Below, piece by piece: positions 1 through 10,023 of a stretch of DNA of 64,000 nt (the stretch's first letter is position 1; every line of letters begins with the position of its first letter). The position numbers and the translations under genes were made by a program. The notes beneath the pieces are model-generated. The model did not search any database. It worked only from the letters and a program-made list of their open reading frames with translations, and had not been told where the DNA came from. Source of the stretch: a virus (taxonomy: Duplodnaviria; Caudoviricetes); the IMG/VR virus record IMGVR_UViG_3300025631_000005, positions 1 to 64,000 of that record, one strand, 5' to 3'.

Positions 1-21
1 CTGGTCAAGGGCTCTCCGGAC

Positions 22-237
22 ATGTTGTACGCCGGGTGTATCGTGAGCGAGGCTGAGACGCGTGAAATAAAAGAGTACTGGGACGCTGCGATGAGATATA
101 TAGGCCAGAACCTGTCCGATTCCCAGCTGTTGAGGCTGGTCTGTGGTTTGGGGTATGATGAAGTTGTGGTCCGTTTTTCGGATGAGAACGGCCGTAAAAT
201 ACTAAGGCGGGTTTTGAATCCGGATTCAAAACGATGA
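22..237 (+). CDS. hypothetical protein, possibly truncated by the window edge
   Basis: Frame is open back to base 1; ends in LNPDSKR encoded by palindrome copy 1; stop overlaps the next ATG. Confidence 0.45.
   Translation: MLYAGCIVSEAETREIKEYWDAAMRYIGQNLSDSQLLRLVCGLGYDEVVVRFSDENGRKILRRVLNPDSKR
212..231. repeat. 20-bp perfect palindrome TTTTGAATCCGGATTCAAAA, copy 1
   Basis: Read directly; self-reverse-complementary; at a gene junction. Confidence 0.97.
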
Positions 238-938
238 CCTCCCTCATTTTAGCTCTCGGTGTTTTCGGACAGTGCATCGGTGGGACCTGCCCGACCACGC
301 CCAACCCCACTTTCTGGCGGTTTCCTGTCGACAGTACTCTGCGAACCGCCAATCAACAGAACCCCTCTACAGGGGTGCCCGCTACACCGGTCGCCGCGAT
401 TCGCCAAGATCCGATCTATGGGGCTCCGGATTCCGTCTGCTACATCTATAGCATCGGCTTGGACGGGTCTGTCGCCTCCGTAGGTGTAGCTGTCCAGTTG
501 GAAAACGGCTGCATAGTGGTCACTGCATCCGACGCCGTGAGGCGGGGTGCGATACATGCCGTCCATATCGGCAAAACAAGGACGATCTGCCGTAAGCTGT
601 TCTCAGACGATCAACTCACGGTACTCACTCCGAGAAAACAACTGCAGGGAGCGGTTCCAGGGACGGAAATAACCAGACAGGTCACTGTCTATGCGGTGGA
701 TAATGAGCATGTCATACGGCCTCTGACAGCTGCTGTGAGCCAGATGGACGATAAACTGGTGATCTATGCGAACAACACTATCGGGGTCGGTGCGGCTGTA
801 TTCAACAGCAAGTCGCAGCTGGTAGGAGTCGTTACGAAGTCGGAACGAGACAAGTTCACAGCGGTTACATTAGAGAAACTGCTGGACACTCTGCGGAATA
901 TGAAGTTAGAATATCCTGAGTTTGACTGGTCAAAGTAA
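234..938 (+). CDS. secreted trypsin-like (S1) fold protein, probably catalytically inactive
   Basis: Hydrophobic N-terminus; GVAVQLENGCIVVTASDAV and TIGVGAAVFNSKSQLVGVVT resemble S1 motifs (TxxHV; GxSGGPxFNxxGxVVGI), but His and Ser are replaced. Confidence 0.55.
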   Translation: MTSLILALGVFGQCIGGTCPTTPNPTFWRFPVDSTLRTANQQNPSTGVPATPVAAIRQDPIYGAPDSVCYIYSIGLDGSVASVGVAVQLENGCIVVTASDAVRRGAIHAVHIGKTRTICRKLFSDDQLTVLTPRKQLQGAVPGTEITRQVTVYAVDNEHVIRPLTAAVSQMDDKLVIYANNTIGVGAAVFNSKSQLVGVVTKSERDKFTAVTLEKLLDTLRNMKLEYPEFDWSK

Positions 939-955
939 CGTTTTCGTCTTAGGAG

Positions 956-1480
956 GTGAGTTTGATGAAAGTCGCTAGAGTCAAGAAAGAAGGCGATATA
1001 GTACGTGTCACCCTCGAGCATGGCACTGATTCGCCGGTAGATATCAACCAAGCGTTCCGGATGGCGTTGGATGAGGCTTCCAAGCTGTCCTCGGCGAGAT
1101 TAGCTATAGCCGGACCGCCGTCGATCCGAATGGTCAAGGCCGACGGGGCGATTACTGCGGATATGGACGCTGCAGAGAAGGTCTACGTGGACGTACTGTG
1201 CGGACCTCAGCTGGACGTCAAAATCGTAGAGACCAGAGTAGAAGGCCCTAACGTCATTGTGGAGCTTGAAGCCGACAGCAGGGATAAGCTGCTCCAGCAT
1301 GACGCCTACGCGCTGGCCCTGTCGGAAGCCCGCAAGCTGGGTTTCAACGATCCGGCTGTTCTCTCATTCCCTGAAGTTACAGCTGTCAACGAAGTTGGGG
1401 TGGATATCGGGATGCCCGGCGAAGCGAAACGAGTCCGATTTCGTGCAAAGGTCGTTTGCGGTAGTTTGAGTCCTTGGTGA
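956..1480 (+). CDS. hypothetical protein with internal duplication
   Basis: SD AGGAGG upstream; VTLE...AFRMALDEASKL and VELE...AYALALSEARKL are similar halves. Confidence 0.6.
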   Translation: MSLMKVARVKKEGDIVRVTLEHGTDSPVDINQAFRMALDEASKLSSARLAIAGPPSIRMVKADGAITADMDAAEKVYVDVLCGPQLDVKIVETRVEGPNVIVELEADSRDKLLQHDAYALALSEARKLGFNDPAVLSFPEVTAVNEVGVDIGMPGEAKRVRFRAKVVCGSLSPW

Positions 1481-1911
1481 TGTATAGCACCCACCAATTT
1501 CCTTGGGAGCTCGCTCTACGGCTCTACGACGTCAGCGAAGATCAGAAGGAAGGGAAAGACCGGCTGCAGCTCCTTTTCAGATGGCTTTTGCAGCTGCCGG
1601 CAAGACGATTTGAAGACGTCGTCTTGCCGGCGCTGATTATTTTCAGGGACACTGTACTGAGGGAGTTGTCCAGAGGCAGCCATGTGGTTCTTCTGGTCTT
1701 GGACGGGCAGCTGGCGAAGCTGCATATAAACGGAAAGCCGACGAAATGCTTCGACATTCGGACCGGCGACATCGCCCCGGACTCGCGGCAGGAGTACAGC
1801 TGCATCTGCGAGATTTTCGATCTGACGAAGATAGTCAAACTGCTACTACTACAGGCGGCGGAAAATGGCGTTGACGCAAGCGAAAGCACGCCAGATGCTG
1901 GAAGACCCTGA
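1474..1911 (+). CDS. hypothetical protein
   Basis: 145-aa ORF packed between neighbours with short overlaps. Confidence 0.55.
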   Translation: MVMYSTHQFPWELALRLYDVSEDQKEGKDRLQLLFRWLLQLPARRFEDVVLPALIIFRDTVLRELSRGSHVVLLVLDGQLAKLHINGKPTKCFDIRTGDIAPDSRQEYSCICEIFDLTKIVKLLLLQAAENGVDASESTPDAGRP

Positions 1912-2575
1912 CAGCACGCCGGCGATCCTGCTGGCTGGTGCTGTCGGGGTCTTTGGGTCGGATTTCGTTTCCTGGGACCCGGAGACAATAGCCAAAGAGC
2001 TGTCTAGGGAGAATATCGAAATCCCTCCGGCAAAACGGAACCAGCTGACGGCTGCCGCTCAGCTCGTGTCGTCCGACCAATTCTGGTCGGGCGTCTTCGA
2101 CTACATCACTCTGGCCAACGCCCTGTCTTCCGGTCGGATTCTTTTGGATGTCTTTGACCCGGCGACGACGCTGGAGACCTGTCAGGCCATATCCGACGCC
2201 CTTCTGATCTGGCCGCATCGGCCTGTAGAAGACTTCTCGATAAACATCATCAACTACATTGATGCGACTAGGTTGTGGGAAGGCGTCTACATGCCGCCCA
2301 AGTTTCTAATGAACTGCTTCAACTTCGCAACGCGAGAAGATATATTCCAGAGCTGGTCTGACGATCCGCAGATGGTATCTGCCGTGTACCAGAAGGTCAT
2401 TGAGACGGCGGACGAGCTGGACCTGGAGGTTCAGACCAGGGTCAAACGGACCGTTGATGTCGCTATGAAGCACGGCGCCGACGATATCGCCGATATGGCG
2501 TCCGGTTTATACGCTGCGGCGACGTCCGATCCGTCGTCCGGCATGTTCGAAAAATGGTTGCGATCTGTTTCTTAG
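1865..2575 (+). CDS. hypothetical protein
   Basis: 236-aa ORF in operon-like packing before the nuclease pair. Confidence 0.6.
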   Translation: MALTQAKARQMLEDPDSTPAILLAGAVGVFGSDFVSWDPETIAKELSRENIEIPPAKRNQLTAAAQLVSSDQFWSGVFDYITLANALSSGRILLDVFDPATTLETCQAISDALLIWPHRPVEDFSINIINYIDATRLWEGVYMPPKFLMNCFNFATREDIFQSWSDDPQMVSAVYQKVIETADELDLEVQTRVKRTVDVAMKHGADDIADMASGLYAAATSDPSSGMFEKWLRSVS

Positions 2576-2594
2576 TCATGTATTGAGGTGTTTT

Positions 2595-3701
2595 ATGTTG
2601 TTGTTTACCGCCGACTGGCATGTGTCTCGGAGTCCGCTTCCCTGGAATCCGAACCCTCTTCTAGACATCAGCTGCGCTATAAAGCAGATTTGCGAAATCG
2701 TTCTTCTCAAGAAGCCGGAGTATGTCTTTCTAGGCGGAGACATCACGGACCGGCCTAGTCTATTCCCGGACGAGATCGATACGCTGGTCCGTTTTGTCGA
2801 GGTATGCCGGAAGGCCGGCTCTCAGATCGTTTTCGTGCAGGGGCAACATGACCGGTCTCCGTCTGTGCCGATACTTTCCGTTTTGGACAAAGAAGCTGTG
2901 CATCTGCACAATCGGATGCTGCATCTCGGAGATGGGATCGTTGTGGCCGGTCTGGATTTCGCTTACGAGGGGCCGAAGGAGTTTCTGAACACGCAGATTC
3001 TGTTTACGCACCAGAGCTGGATCAGGCCGGATTTCCCCTACGGGCTTATTTCGTGGCGGGCGCTGCCGAACTACCGGCTGGTTCTTTCCGGAGATTTCCA
3101 TTCGACCATGATCTGCACTTGTCCGGGCCTGCCGCCGATCGTGTTCTCAGGCGCTTTGTGCCCGAGAAAGATCACAGAGCCGAAAGAGGCCAGCGTCTGG
3201 CTTATCAAACCGCCCTACACCGAGCAATGCGCCGAACGAATACCGTTGCGGACAAGGCCGTGGGTAGAGATCCGGGTACGGCCTGATACCACCCATCAGG
3301 GGGTTGTGGACCAGGTGGCAGAACAGCTCAAGCAAACAGGCGATCTGCCCAGGGAAATAGCAGAGCCTGTCATTGTCTTGGCGTACAACGAAGAGTCTGA
3401 GCCGACAGCGCATCAGATCAGAAAGCACTTTCTGCATTATGAGTACCTCGTCATGCGTCCGATACGTGAAAGAACCCATTCTATGATGCAGATGAGTCTA
3501 CTACCGGAAACCGTCGACCAGTCGAAGTCCGTGTTGGATTTGTTTCTGGAAATGTATCAAGATGATCCTAGGTATCAAGATATCGTCACCTTGGTAAAGG
3601 CGGCCAATAGTGAAGATGTCCGCAACATTCTGAGTAGAATTGTGGAGCGTGTTTTGAATGAGATTAACCAGTCTGAATCTGTTCTGCTTCCGGAAGCATA
3701 A
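2595..3701 (+). CDS. sbcD: SbcD/Mre11-like metallophosphoesterase nuclease (T4 gp47-like)
   Basis: FTADWH, GGDITD, QGQHD, FTHQ and SGDFH motifs; ATG 2595 with SD GAGGTG; adjacent to an SMC ATPase. Confidence 0.88.
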   Translation: MLLFTADWHVSRSPLPWNPNPLLDISCAIKQICEIVLLKKPEYVFLGGDITDRPSLFPDEIDTLVRFVEVCRKAGSQIVFVQGQHDRSPSVPILSVLDKEAVHLHNRMLHLGDGIVVAGLDFAYEGPKEFLNTQILFTHQSWIRPDFPYGLISWRALPNYRLVLSGDFHSTMICTCPGLPPIVFSGALCPRKITEPKEASVWLIKPPYTEQCAERIPLRTRPWVEIRVRPDTTHQGVVDQVAEQLKQTGDLPREIAEPVIVLAYNEESEPTAHQIRKHFLHYEYLVMRPIRERTHSMMQMSLLPETVDQSKSVLDLFLEMYQDDPRYQDIVTLVKAANSEDVRNILSRIVERVLNEINQSESVLLPEA

Positions 3702-5643
3702 ACGGCTGGAGCTTAATTTCGCGCCGGCTACGTGTATTCTAGGGCCGAACGGTATCGGTAAATCCACCGTAGTCGAGGCGATCTATTTCGCCCTTACCGG
3801 AGAGCTGCCGGAGCCTCACAGCCTGGTCGTCTCTTATGGCAACCAGACAGGCGAAGTTCAGCTGACCCTGAATTGTCGCTACAACATTCAGCGGGCTTTC
3901 GGAGACAAGCCGAAGGCTTCTATGTGGCTCGACAACAACTTGCTGGCGAACGGCGCCAAAAACGTCAACGCCTATCTGGAGTCGACTTTTCAGATCACCA
4001 AGGGGATGTTGGACTGCCAGATCGTCCGTCAAGGCAAGCTGGACGAGTTCATTACAACCAGAGACTCGGACCGAGCTGCGTTCTTTATGAGGTTGGTGCC
4101 TAACATCCATGTCTTGACCAACCTCTGGAATCAGGTGGGGGAGTTCGCGGCGACGATCCGGGTCGACCCGGCGGTCTCGATCGACCCGCAGAAGGTGCAT
4201 AGCGAGCTGGAGTCGGTTATCCGACAGCAGCAGACCATCCAGCAGCAGCTGCAAGAAGCCCGCCGGTTGCACCAGATCAGAGAGTTGCGGGCCAAAAAGA
4301 CGACTCTTGAGGCGTCCATCAGCTCGCTCGTCGGCCTCCTGCCGTCGCCGGAGTGCCGAAAGGAGCTCATCGAGCTGCAGAAAGCCATCAAACAGCACCA
4401 ACAGATGAAGCAGGAGCTGGAGAAAGCTGCGGCCCGCGTGTCGGAGTTGATGTCGCAGCGCGCCGGTCTGCGTAAAGAGGTGGAGGAGCTGTGGCAGCGT
4501 TTCCGTAACAGGCCGCAGGCTGTCGCTTCTGCGAAAAATCAGATGATCGGCAGCGCCATCTGCGTGGGCATCGGTTCCGGCGCCGCACTGATACTTAATC
4601 CCCTCATCGCTAGGCTGCAGACAGAGCCTTATATCTGTCCGCTTTGCAAGTCTCAGATCGACAAGCAGACGGCCGAGCAGGCCGCCGAAGCGTACAGCCG
4701 GCTCGCGCAGTATATCGACAGTGCGTCTACGGCTGCAGAAGAACAGCTCAAGGTTTACGAGTCTATTCTGATGAGCAATATGGACAGCCTTCGGCAGAGG
4801 GCCGTCATAAAAGCAAAAGCCCGTCAGCTCAAAGAAGCGCTGAGGAACGTGGAGGAGCCGGATATAGGAGCGCTGTGCCGCTATCAGCAGGTGGAGAACG
4901 ACCTTACGGCTCTGCAGCAGCGTTTCGCCGCTTTGTCGCAGTCCGTAAAGGACGCTGCGGCGAAGCTGGACCGGATCAAGGAGCTTAAAGAGCAGTTGAG
5001 CCAGTTGGAAGCGGCCGAGAAGGAGTTGATCCAGCTCGACCGGATCGTATCGTTGGACGTCGACGTCGGCGAGCTGGAGAGACAGCTCGTAGAGGCGACG
5101 GAGAAACGGAGCCGTCTGGAACAGCTTCTGGAGCGGTACAAATCGGCAAAGGCGGCGGAAACGGCCCAGAAGTATCTTCTGGCTGTAAGACAGGTTTTCC
5201 ACTGGGACAACTTGTCGAAGCAAATCTGCCGTCGACTGCTCGCCTCTCTTCTTCCGGAGATCAACAGCAACCTGAAAGAGCTGGATGCCAATTTCTACTT
5301 GGAGCTTCCAGCGGACTCTTTGTGCTTTACGGCGAATCTGCACAGCGGGGAGAAGGTTCCGGATTTCGCCCTGTCCGGGGGGCAGAAAGTAGTGGCCGCG
5401 CTGGCCGTCCGGATGGCCCTTCTGCAGCACTACAGCAAACAGTTTCCGGTATTGATACTGGACGAGCCGACCGTCTACCTGGACGCCGAACGGCGTCAAA
5501 GTCTGACGGGTCTGATGGGGCATTTTGTCAGAAAGACCAGCGCCAAAGGGTTTCAGCTCATTGTGATCACCCACGACCAACAGCTGGCCGATGTATTCGG
5601 CTCCGATAGCGGCCTAACGGTGGACCTAGCCCTAGCTCGGTAA
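3658..5643 (+). CDS. sbcC: SbcC/Rad50-like SMC ATPase (T4 gp46-like)
   Basis: Walker A GPNGIGKST, coiled coils, CPLC zinc hook, LSGGQ signature, Walker B LILDEPT, ITHD. Confidence 0.92.
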   Translation: MRLTSLNLFCFRKHKRLELNFAPATCILGPNGIGKSTVVEAIYFALTGELPEPHSLVVSYGNQTGEVQLTLNCRYNIQRAFGDKPKASMWLDNNLLANGAKNVNAYLESTFQITKGMLDCQIVRQGKLDEFITTRDSDRAAFFMRLVPNIHVLTNLWNQVGEFAATIRVDPAVSIDPQKVHSELESVIRQQQTIQQQLQEARRLHQIRELRAKKTTLEASISSLVGLLPSPECRKELIELQKAIKQHQQMKQELEKAAARVSELMSQRAGLRKEVEELWQRFRNRPQAVASAKNQMIGSAICVGIGSGAALILNPLIARLQTEPYICPLCKSQIDKQTAEQAAEAYSRLAQYIDSASTAAEEQLKVYESILMSNMDSLRQRAVIKAKARQLKEALRNVEEPDIGALCRYQQVENDLTALQQRFAALSQSVKDAAAKLDRIKELKEQLSQLEAAEKELIQLDRIVSLDVDVGELERQLVEATEKRSRLEQLLERYKSAKAAETAQKYLLAVRQVFHWDNLSKQICRRLLASLLPEINSNLKELDANFYLELPADSLCFTANLHSGEKVPDFALSGGQKVVAALAVRMALLQHYSKQFPVLILDEPTVYLDAERRQSLTGLMGHFVRKTSAKGFQLIVITHDQQLADVFGSDSGLTVDLALAR

Positions 5644-5664
5644 TTTTGAATCCGGATTCAAAAT
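5643..5664. repeat. palindrome copy 2 (extends to 22 bp)
   Basis: ATTTTGAATCCGGATTCAAAAT directly at the sbcC stop codon. Confidence 0.97.
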
Positions 5665-5685
5665 CTCGTCTGAAACAATCCTCCG

Positions 5686-5791
5686 AAGCGACGGCATTTA
5701 GATATGGAGGCGCTCGTAGCGCCTCATAAGAGGTCGCTTTTTTGGCGTAAGCCATAGAAAGGCGACGCTCTTAACCGAGCAGTCGTTTTTT
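5686..5791 (+). terminator. two tandem hairpin-plus-T-tract structures
   Basis: AAGCGAC(5686)/GTCGCTT(5733) encloses GAGGCGCT-cgt-AGCGCCTC, then T-run; a second hairpin GCGAC-GCTC/GAGC-a-GTCGT at 5762-5786 is also followed by a T-run. Confidence 0.55.
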
Positions 5792-5826
5792 ACTCTAGTT
5801 CTTCCTCTTTTTAGGAGGGTGCTACC

Positions 5827-6339
5827 ATGCCTAAGGTCTACAGTGCCGAGCAGTTTTTGGATTGTATCGCCGCTATTGAGGCGGCGATTAAGGAAGGGAA
5901 TGTGCCGGACGATGCGCTACCTATCCACAGCGTCGTCTGGCGGCCGGACCACCTACCGCCGGAGGCGGTAGTGGTGAGCATAAGAAGGCGTAACAGGGAA
6001 GTCATCATCTCTAGCTATGCGTGGCCGGAGATCGATGACGGATCTCCGGGGGTAAAGAAGTTCGAGTGCCGGCCTAAACGGCTGAAGGCCGATAGGCCGC
6101 AGGCGCCGCTCGCCAATGAAGCGGCTAGAAACCTAGCCGCCTTTTTAAGCACGTACAAGGGTGAGGCGGTTGCAGTGCCGCCGAAGCTGCGCTACGACGG
6201 CGGTATCGAGCTGTACCGCCGTTTAGCCACCCCCGACAAGCCCTACCACGTGGTCGGTGGGGCTGGTGTTGTAGTCGGCCGGTTTAACCCATTCGGGGGG
6301 AGCTGGCCTATTTCCTCTTCCTCGACAAAAATACGTTAG
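5827..6339 (+). CDS. hypothetical protein
   Basis: SD AGGAGG; 170-aa ORF. Confidence 0.6.
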   Translation: MPKVYSAEQFLDCIAAIEAAIKEGNVPDDALPIHSVVWRPDHLPPEAVVVSIRRRNREVIISSYAWPEIDDGSPGVKKFECRPKRLKADRPQAPLANEAARNLAAFLSTYKGEAVAVPPKLRYDGGIELYRRLATPDKPYHVVGGAGVVVGRFNPFGGSWPISSSSTKIR

Positions 6340-6345
6340 TTTTTG

Positions 6346-6403
6346 CGGTCTGGCAGGCAGCTGGGTCTGTTTTGACTTCTCGCTCGCCTGCCAGACCGTT
6401 TTT
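6346..6403 (+). terminator. long-stem intrinsic terminator-like hairpin
   Basis: CGGTCTGGCAGGC (6346-6358) pairs perfectly with GCCTGCCAGACCG (6386-6398), then TTTTT. Confidence 0.65.
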
Positions 6404-6455
6404 GTCATTTTTCGAAGTTCGAGCGGCGTTTTTAGTTTAACTATCTGGGACGGCT

Positions 6456-7256
6456 ATGATACTGCAGATTCAAGACGGAAAGCTTGTAGTCGGCGGCAGT
6501 GTCGTACAGCTTGCAGAACTCGGTCGGCATATAAAGAAGCCGACTGACAAGCTGTACGTTCCTGCTTCAGCCGATAACCTGGGGTTGATTTGCGACCTGT
6601 GGCGACTTTACCCCGAGCAACTCAGGTTAGGTTGTCCGTCGTTGTTCAGCCAGGATGACACGGAAGGAAGCCTCCTAGCTCGCGCCAAACAAGGGCGATA
6701 TCGTCTATGTGCGCCGGACAGCAAATGCATGACGCTTCTGGTAGACAACAAAGCCGGCAGAAAGTTCGTCAATGATTTGCGGCTGCCGGACTTGAGTGCA
6801 TCGTCTTGCAACCAGCTTATGAGGTGCATTGTCGATCCAAGGCTGTTCGACAGCCGCAGCGAGCTGTCTACTTTGATGCTGCGGAGGATCATACTGCATG
6901 TCGGACTGAGCCGTCGTAGATTCAGCGACGGCCGTCTCAGCGAGTCGGCTGCAGCCGCCGTATCGTGCTGGTACAACCTCGGCAGAGCGAAGTTCTGGAG
7001 GGCCAGCCGTTGCGGATGGGCGGCGCCGGACCCGTCTAACAACGACCCGGACAGCCTCGCCTATGTGCCGAATGTCCTATGGAGGAAATGGCATAATCTC
7101 GGCGGGAACAGCAGTGTGGACTCCGTATTGACGACAACGAAGTTCTTTGTAAAGTATCTAGTGCTTAAGTGGTTGAACGCGCTGGGGAGGATCTCGTTGG
7201 ACCTCTCCAAGGTGTTTTCTTACAAATGCGAAGTGGAGTTGTTCGAGAGGAGCTGA
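6456..7256 (+). CDS. hypothetical protein with weak resemblance to the IS110/IS116 C-terminal region
   Basis: CIVDPRLF...ILHVGL echoes the IGDIxRF...LxxYxGL motif; no DEDD domain or IS ends seen. Confidence 0.3.
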   Translation: MILQIQDGKLVVGGSVVQLAELGRHIKKPTDKLYVPASADNLGLICDLWRLYPEQLRLGCPSLFSQDDTEGSLLARAKQGRYRLCAPDSKCMTLLVDNKAGRKFVNDLRLPDLSASSCNQLMRCIVDPRLFDSRSELSTLMLRRIILHVGLSRRRFSDGRLSESAAAAVSCWYNLGRAKFWRASRCGWAAPDPSNNDPDSLAYVPNVLWRKWHNLGGNSSVDSVLTTTKFFVKYLVLKWLNALGRISLDLSKVFSYKCEVELFERS

Positions 7257-7257
7257 A

Positions 7258-8565
7258 ATGCGTAGACTGCGGTATTTGAGCCAGGCCAAGGCCGACAAGG
7301 CCGTAAAAAAGCTGGAAGACTTCCGCGCCGGCGTAGAAGGCAGGATATTCGACGATTTTCCGGTGTTGGAGAAGGAATTCGCCGCCATATTCAAAAACCA
7401 GAAGTTCGAGGGCAAGTATCGTGGGCTGATGGCCCTGATGCAGCCCGCGGATATAGTGAAAAATTACGAGCTTCCTGACAAGCTGTTTACAGACCTGATC
7501 ATCTACATGGCTGTCGCTTATCCTGACAAAGCTGCCGAAATCGTTCGAGCCGGCCTAGACAGCGACCATACGGATACGGCGGTGACGGCGTGTCTTGCGG
7601 CTGAAATGTTGCTGGCTCGAAACGGCGGTAAGAGGGTCGGCCGGCTGCGGACGGGGGCCGTCGTCGCGAAAGCGGTGAATCTGATCAGCGAGAACCGGAT
7701 ATCGTACGATGAAAGTAAGGCGGTGGTGCAGCTGCTCCGTCGTATCGTACCGAAACAGTCCAAAGAGCTGCTGCGTCAGGTCTGCTTGAAAAGGAGCTAT
7801 TCGATCTCGTTCATGCTCGATACGATCGTCTATTTCGACATGCCGGAGCTTTTAGATTGGGCGATCAATTTGGCGCTGAAGAAAGAGCCGGATGATCGCA
7901 CCCTAGAGAAGCTCATCATGCTGGCGAATCTTTTCCGAAAGCATGTACGACAAAGGACGCTCTGTCGAGTCATCCGTGAGTACATAAAGAAAGCGACCGA
8001 AAACAGCTCATGGGCGTTAGGCGTCGTTCTGCATTTACGGGATATTCTCAACAGCATAGCGGACAAGCCAAAGCTCCTGGCGGCTGTGTATGAGGCCATT
8101 TGTGAAAATGAGCCGCCCGAAAACAGCGGCACGGCGGTGCGTCTCGTCGTGCAGGCGCTCAAACTCAGAGTCATGTACGATCTCGGCTTTAATTGCTGTG
8201 ATGAATTGCAGCAGCTGCGCGAGACTGTTCTCAGCTTAGAGCAGACGGCAGACGGTAAGGGAGACTACACGCGACAGGTCGGCAGGGAATTGTTCATCGA
8301 CTTACTGGCTCATGCCGGTCTGCTGGATGAGTGCCTCGAAATGTTGAATACCTGCAATGACTCGGAACTGTGGAGTATAGCCGGAACGCTGTATTTCGAT
8401 ATGCCGATACAGCAGTTTGTCCGCCTCGTCAAGCGTATGAGCAAGGAGCGACAGACTGTCGTCATTTCCGCGCTGATGCAGAGGTTCTCCCAGTTCGGCG
8501 GCAGCGTTATAGAGGTGGTTAGAAGGACGGCGATGCCGTCTTTACTGGATGATTTCATAGAGTAG
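7258..8565 (+). CDS. alpha-helical repeat-like protein, paralog family H, member 1
   Basis: Leu/Ala-rich helical pattern; C-terminal LYFDMPIQQFVRLVKRMSKERQTVVISALM is shared with four other ORFs. Confidence 0.7.
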   Translation: MRRLRYLSQAKADKAVKKLEDFRAGVEGRIFDDFPVLEKEFAAIFKNQKFEGKYRGLMALMQPADIVKNYELPDKLFTDLIIYMAVAYPDKAAEIVRAGLDSDHTDTAVTACLAAEMLLARNGGKRVGRLRTGAVVAKAVNLISENRISYDESKAVVQLLRRIVPKQSKELLRQVCLKRSYSISFMLDTIVYFDMPELLDWAINLALKKEPDDRTLEKLIMLANLFRKHVRQRTLCRVIREYIKKATENSSWALGVVLHLRDILNSIADKPKLLAAVYEAICENEPPENSGTAVRLVVQALKLRVMYDLGFNCCDELQQLRETVLSLEQTADGKGDYTRQVGRELFIDLLAHAGLLDECLEMLNTCNDSELWSIAGTLYFDMPIQQFVRLVKRMSKERQTVVISALMQRFSQFGGSVIEVVRRTAMPSLLDDFIE

Positions 8566-8637
8566 CACCGGGTCCGGACGACAGCTCGATTCTGCCGGAT
8601 AATGATATGGGTTTGAACTGTTTGGAAAGCAGGGAAT

Positions 8638-9954
8638 ATGTGCGACTCCAAAATTGAAGCAGTGCGACTTGACGATGCGATAAAGGCATTGGAGGCGGCC
8701 CGCACCGGCGGGCACGGTAGGCTGTTCAACGACCTGCCGATCTTGAAGGAAAAGTTCGCCGACATCTTTGAGAAACAAGATTTGGACAGCGAATACAACG
8801 GCCTTGCGGCTTATCTGGGTTTGTGTGCGGACCAGAAGCACTGGACCAAGACAACGACCGATCTGAATTGGAAGCAACTGATATATCTCGCAATCAGTCG
8901 TCCCGACGGTTGCGATATTGTATACCGCCACCTGGACAGTCTAAACGAGCGCACGGCGCTGGCGGCCTGCTTGCTGGCGGAGGCGCTTCTGAACCGAGGC
9001 GAGCTGGAGAGTCGTCCGTTGGATCAGAAGGTTGTGGTTAAGACTGCGATGAGGCTGCTCGACTCCCCCATATTGGGGAAGGAAAAGCTGGCGTTGGTGA
9101 GACTGGTCCAACGCTTGGCGCCGCGCTCGTTTCGAAGACTGTTCCGGCAGTTTTTGCTGTGCATCCGTGAAAGATACGGCTTGCCGAGCATGTTGGAGGC
9201 AGTTACCGAGTACGAGATGTCCAGCGTAGCCGATTGGGCGATCCGTGCCGCATTAGCTGACCGTAACAATCTGTCTGATCGCGGACTGGGGTGGGTGCTG
9301 CATCGCGTCCTTATCATAATGCACCGCTACTATCGGAATCTGAGTCGCAACACGCTCCAGCAGGCTGTCAAGACGTTTGTCGACTCTCTCGTAAACATCG
9401 GCAGCGAGGATCTCGTGGATATAAGCATGTATTTCTGGTTGTTTCTGGACGTTTTGGACGACGATCAAGCCCTCAAACGGGCGTCGGTCGCGGCGATCCT
9501 CGAGGTCGAGACTCCCGGCGAGGATAAACCGCTGAGTCGGTATATCGTCCAGCTTCTGAAGACCAGGGCCAGATACGACGCCGGCCTGGATTGTAGCGAC
9601 GACCTGCAAAAGCTGGACCAGGCCGCGGCTATGCTGCAGCGCGACGACAGCAAGTACGGGCGAATTGTATATTCCGTCTACAGCAGACTGCTCATCCGCT
9701 TGTCGATCCGCATGGGTCAATGGGACCGATGCTGCGATCTGCTGCAGCAGGCCGACGAGCGTTTTCTATGGAACGTCGTCGACAACCTTTATTTCGACAT
9801 CCCGTTGGAACGGTTGATCGACGCCGTTCAGCGTATGGACAAAAGGAGGCAGTCGGTTGTGCTGCACGCGCTGATGGCGGCTTTCTCAAGGCTCGGATGC
9901 GCCGACATGGAGGCTGTAGCGGAAGCCGCCATGTCGTCGGCGACTTCCTGGTGA
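8638..9954 (+). CDS. paralog family H, member 2
   Basis: GRLFNDLPILKEKFADIF matches GRIFDDFPVLEKEFAAIF of member 1; C-terminal LYFDIPLERLIDAVQRMDKRRQSVVLHALM. Confidence 0.7.
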   Translation: MCDSKIEAVRLDDAIKALEAARTGGHGRLFNDLPILKEKFADIFEKQDLDSEYNGLAAYLGLCADQKHWTKTTTDLNWKQLIYLAISRPDGCDIVYRHLDSLNERTALAACLLAEALLNRGELESRPLDQKVVVKTAMRLLDSPILGKEKLALVRLVQRLAPRSFRRLFRQFLLCIRERYGLPSMLEAVTEYEMSSVADWAIRAALADRNNLSDRGLGWVLHRVLIIMHRYYRNLSRNTLQQAVKTFVDSLVNIGSEDLVDISMYFWLFLDVLDDDQALKRASVAAILEVETPGEDKPLSRYIVQLLKTRARYDAGLDCSDDLQKLDQAAAMLQRDDSKYGRIVYSVYSRLLIRLSIRMGQWDRCCDLLQQADERFLWNVVDNLYFDIPLERLIDAVQRMDKRRQSVVLHALMAAFSRLGCADMEAVAEAAMSSATSW

Positions 9955-10023
9955 GTACTTGATGCCGCCGGTCGGCGGCATGTATAAAGGAGTTAAACAC
10001 ATCGTTAGACAAGGAGGAGTCCA

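Noticed and set aside
3739-5580. Long minus-strand ORFs (also 17089-18051, 19189-20139, 23209-24018 and others)
   Set aside because: Antisense shadows of well-supported + strand genes in GC-rich DNA; no motifs or ribosome-binding sites.
6346-6398. A fifth retron-like cassette (contains GCAGGC-AG...GCCTGC)
   Set aside because: The motif is part of one long terminator-like stem; no a1-G-4 nt leader or enclosing a2 arm.
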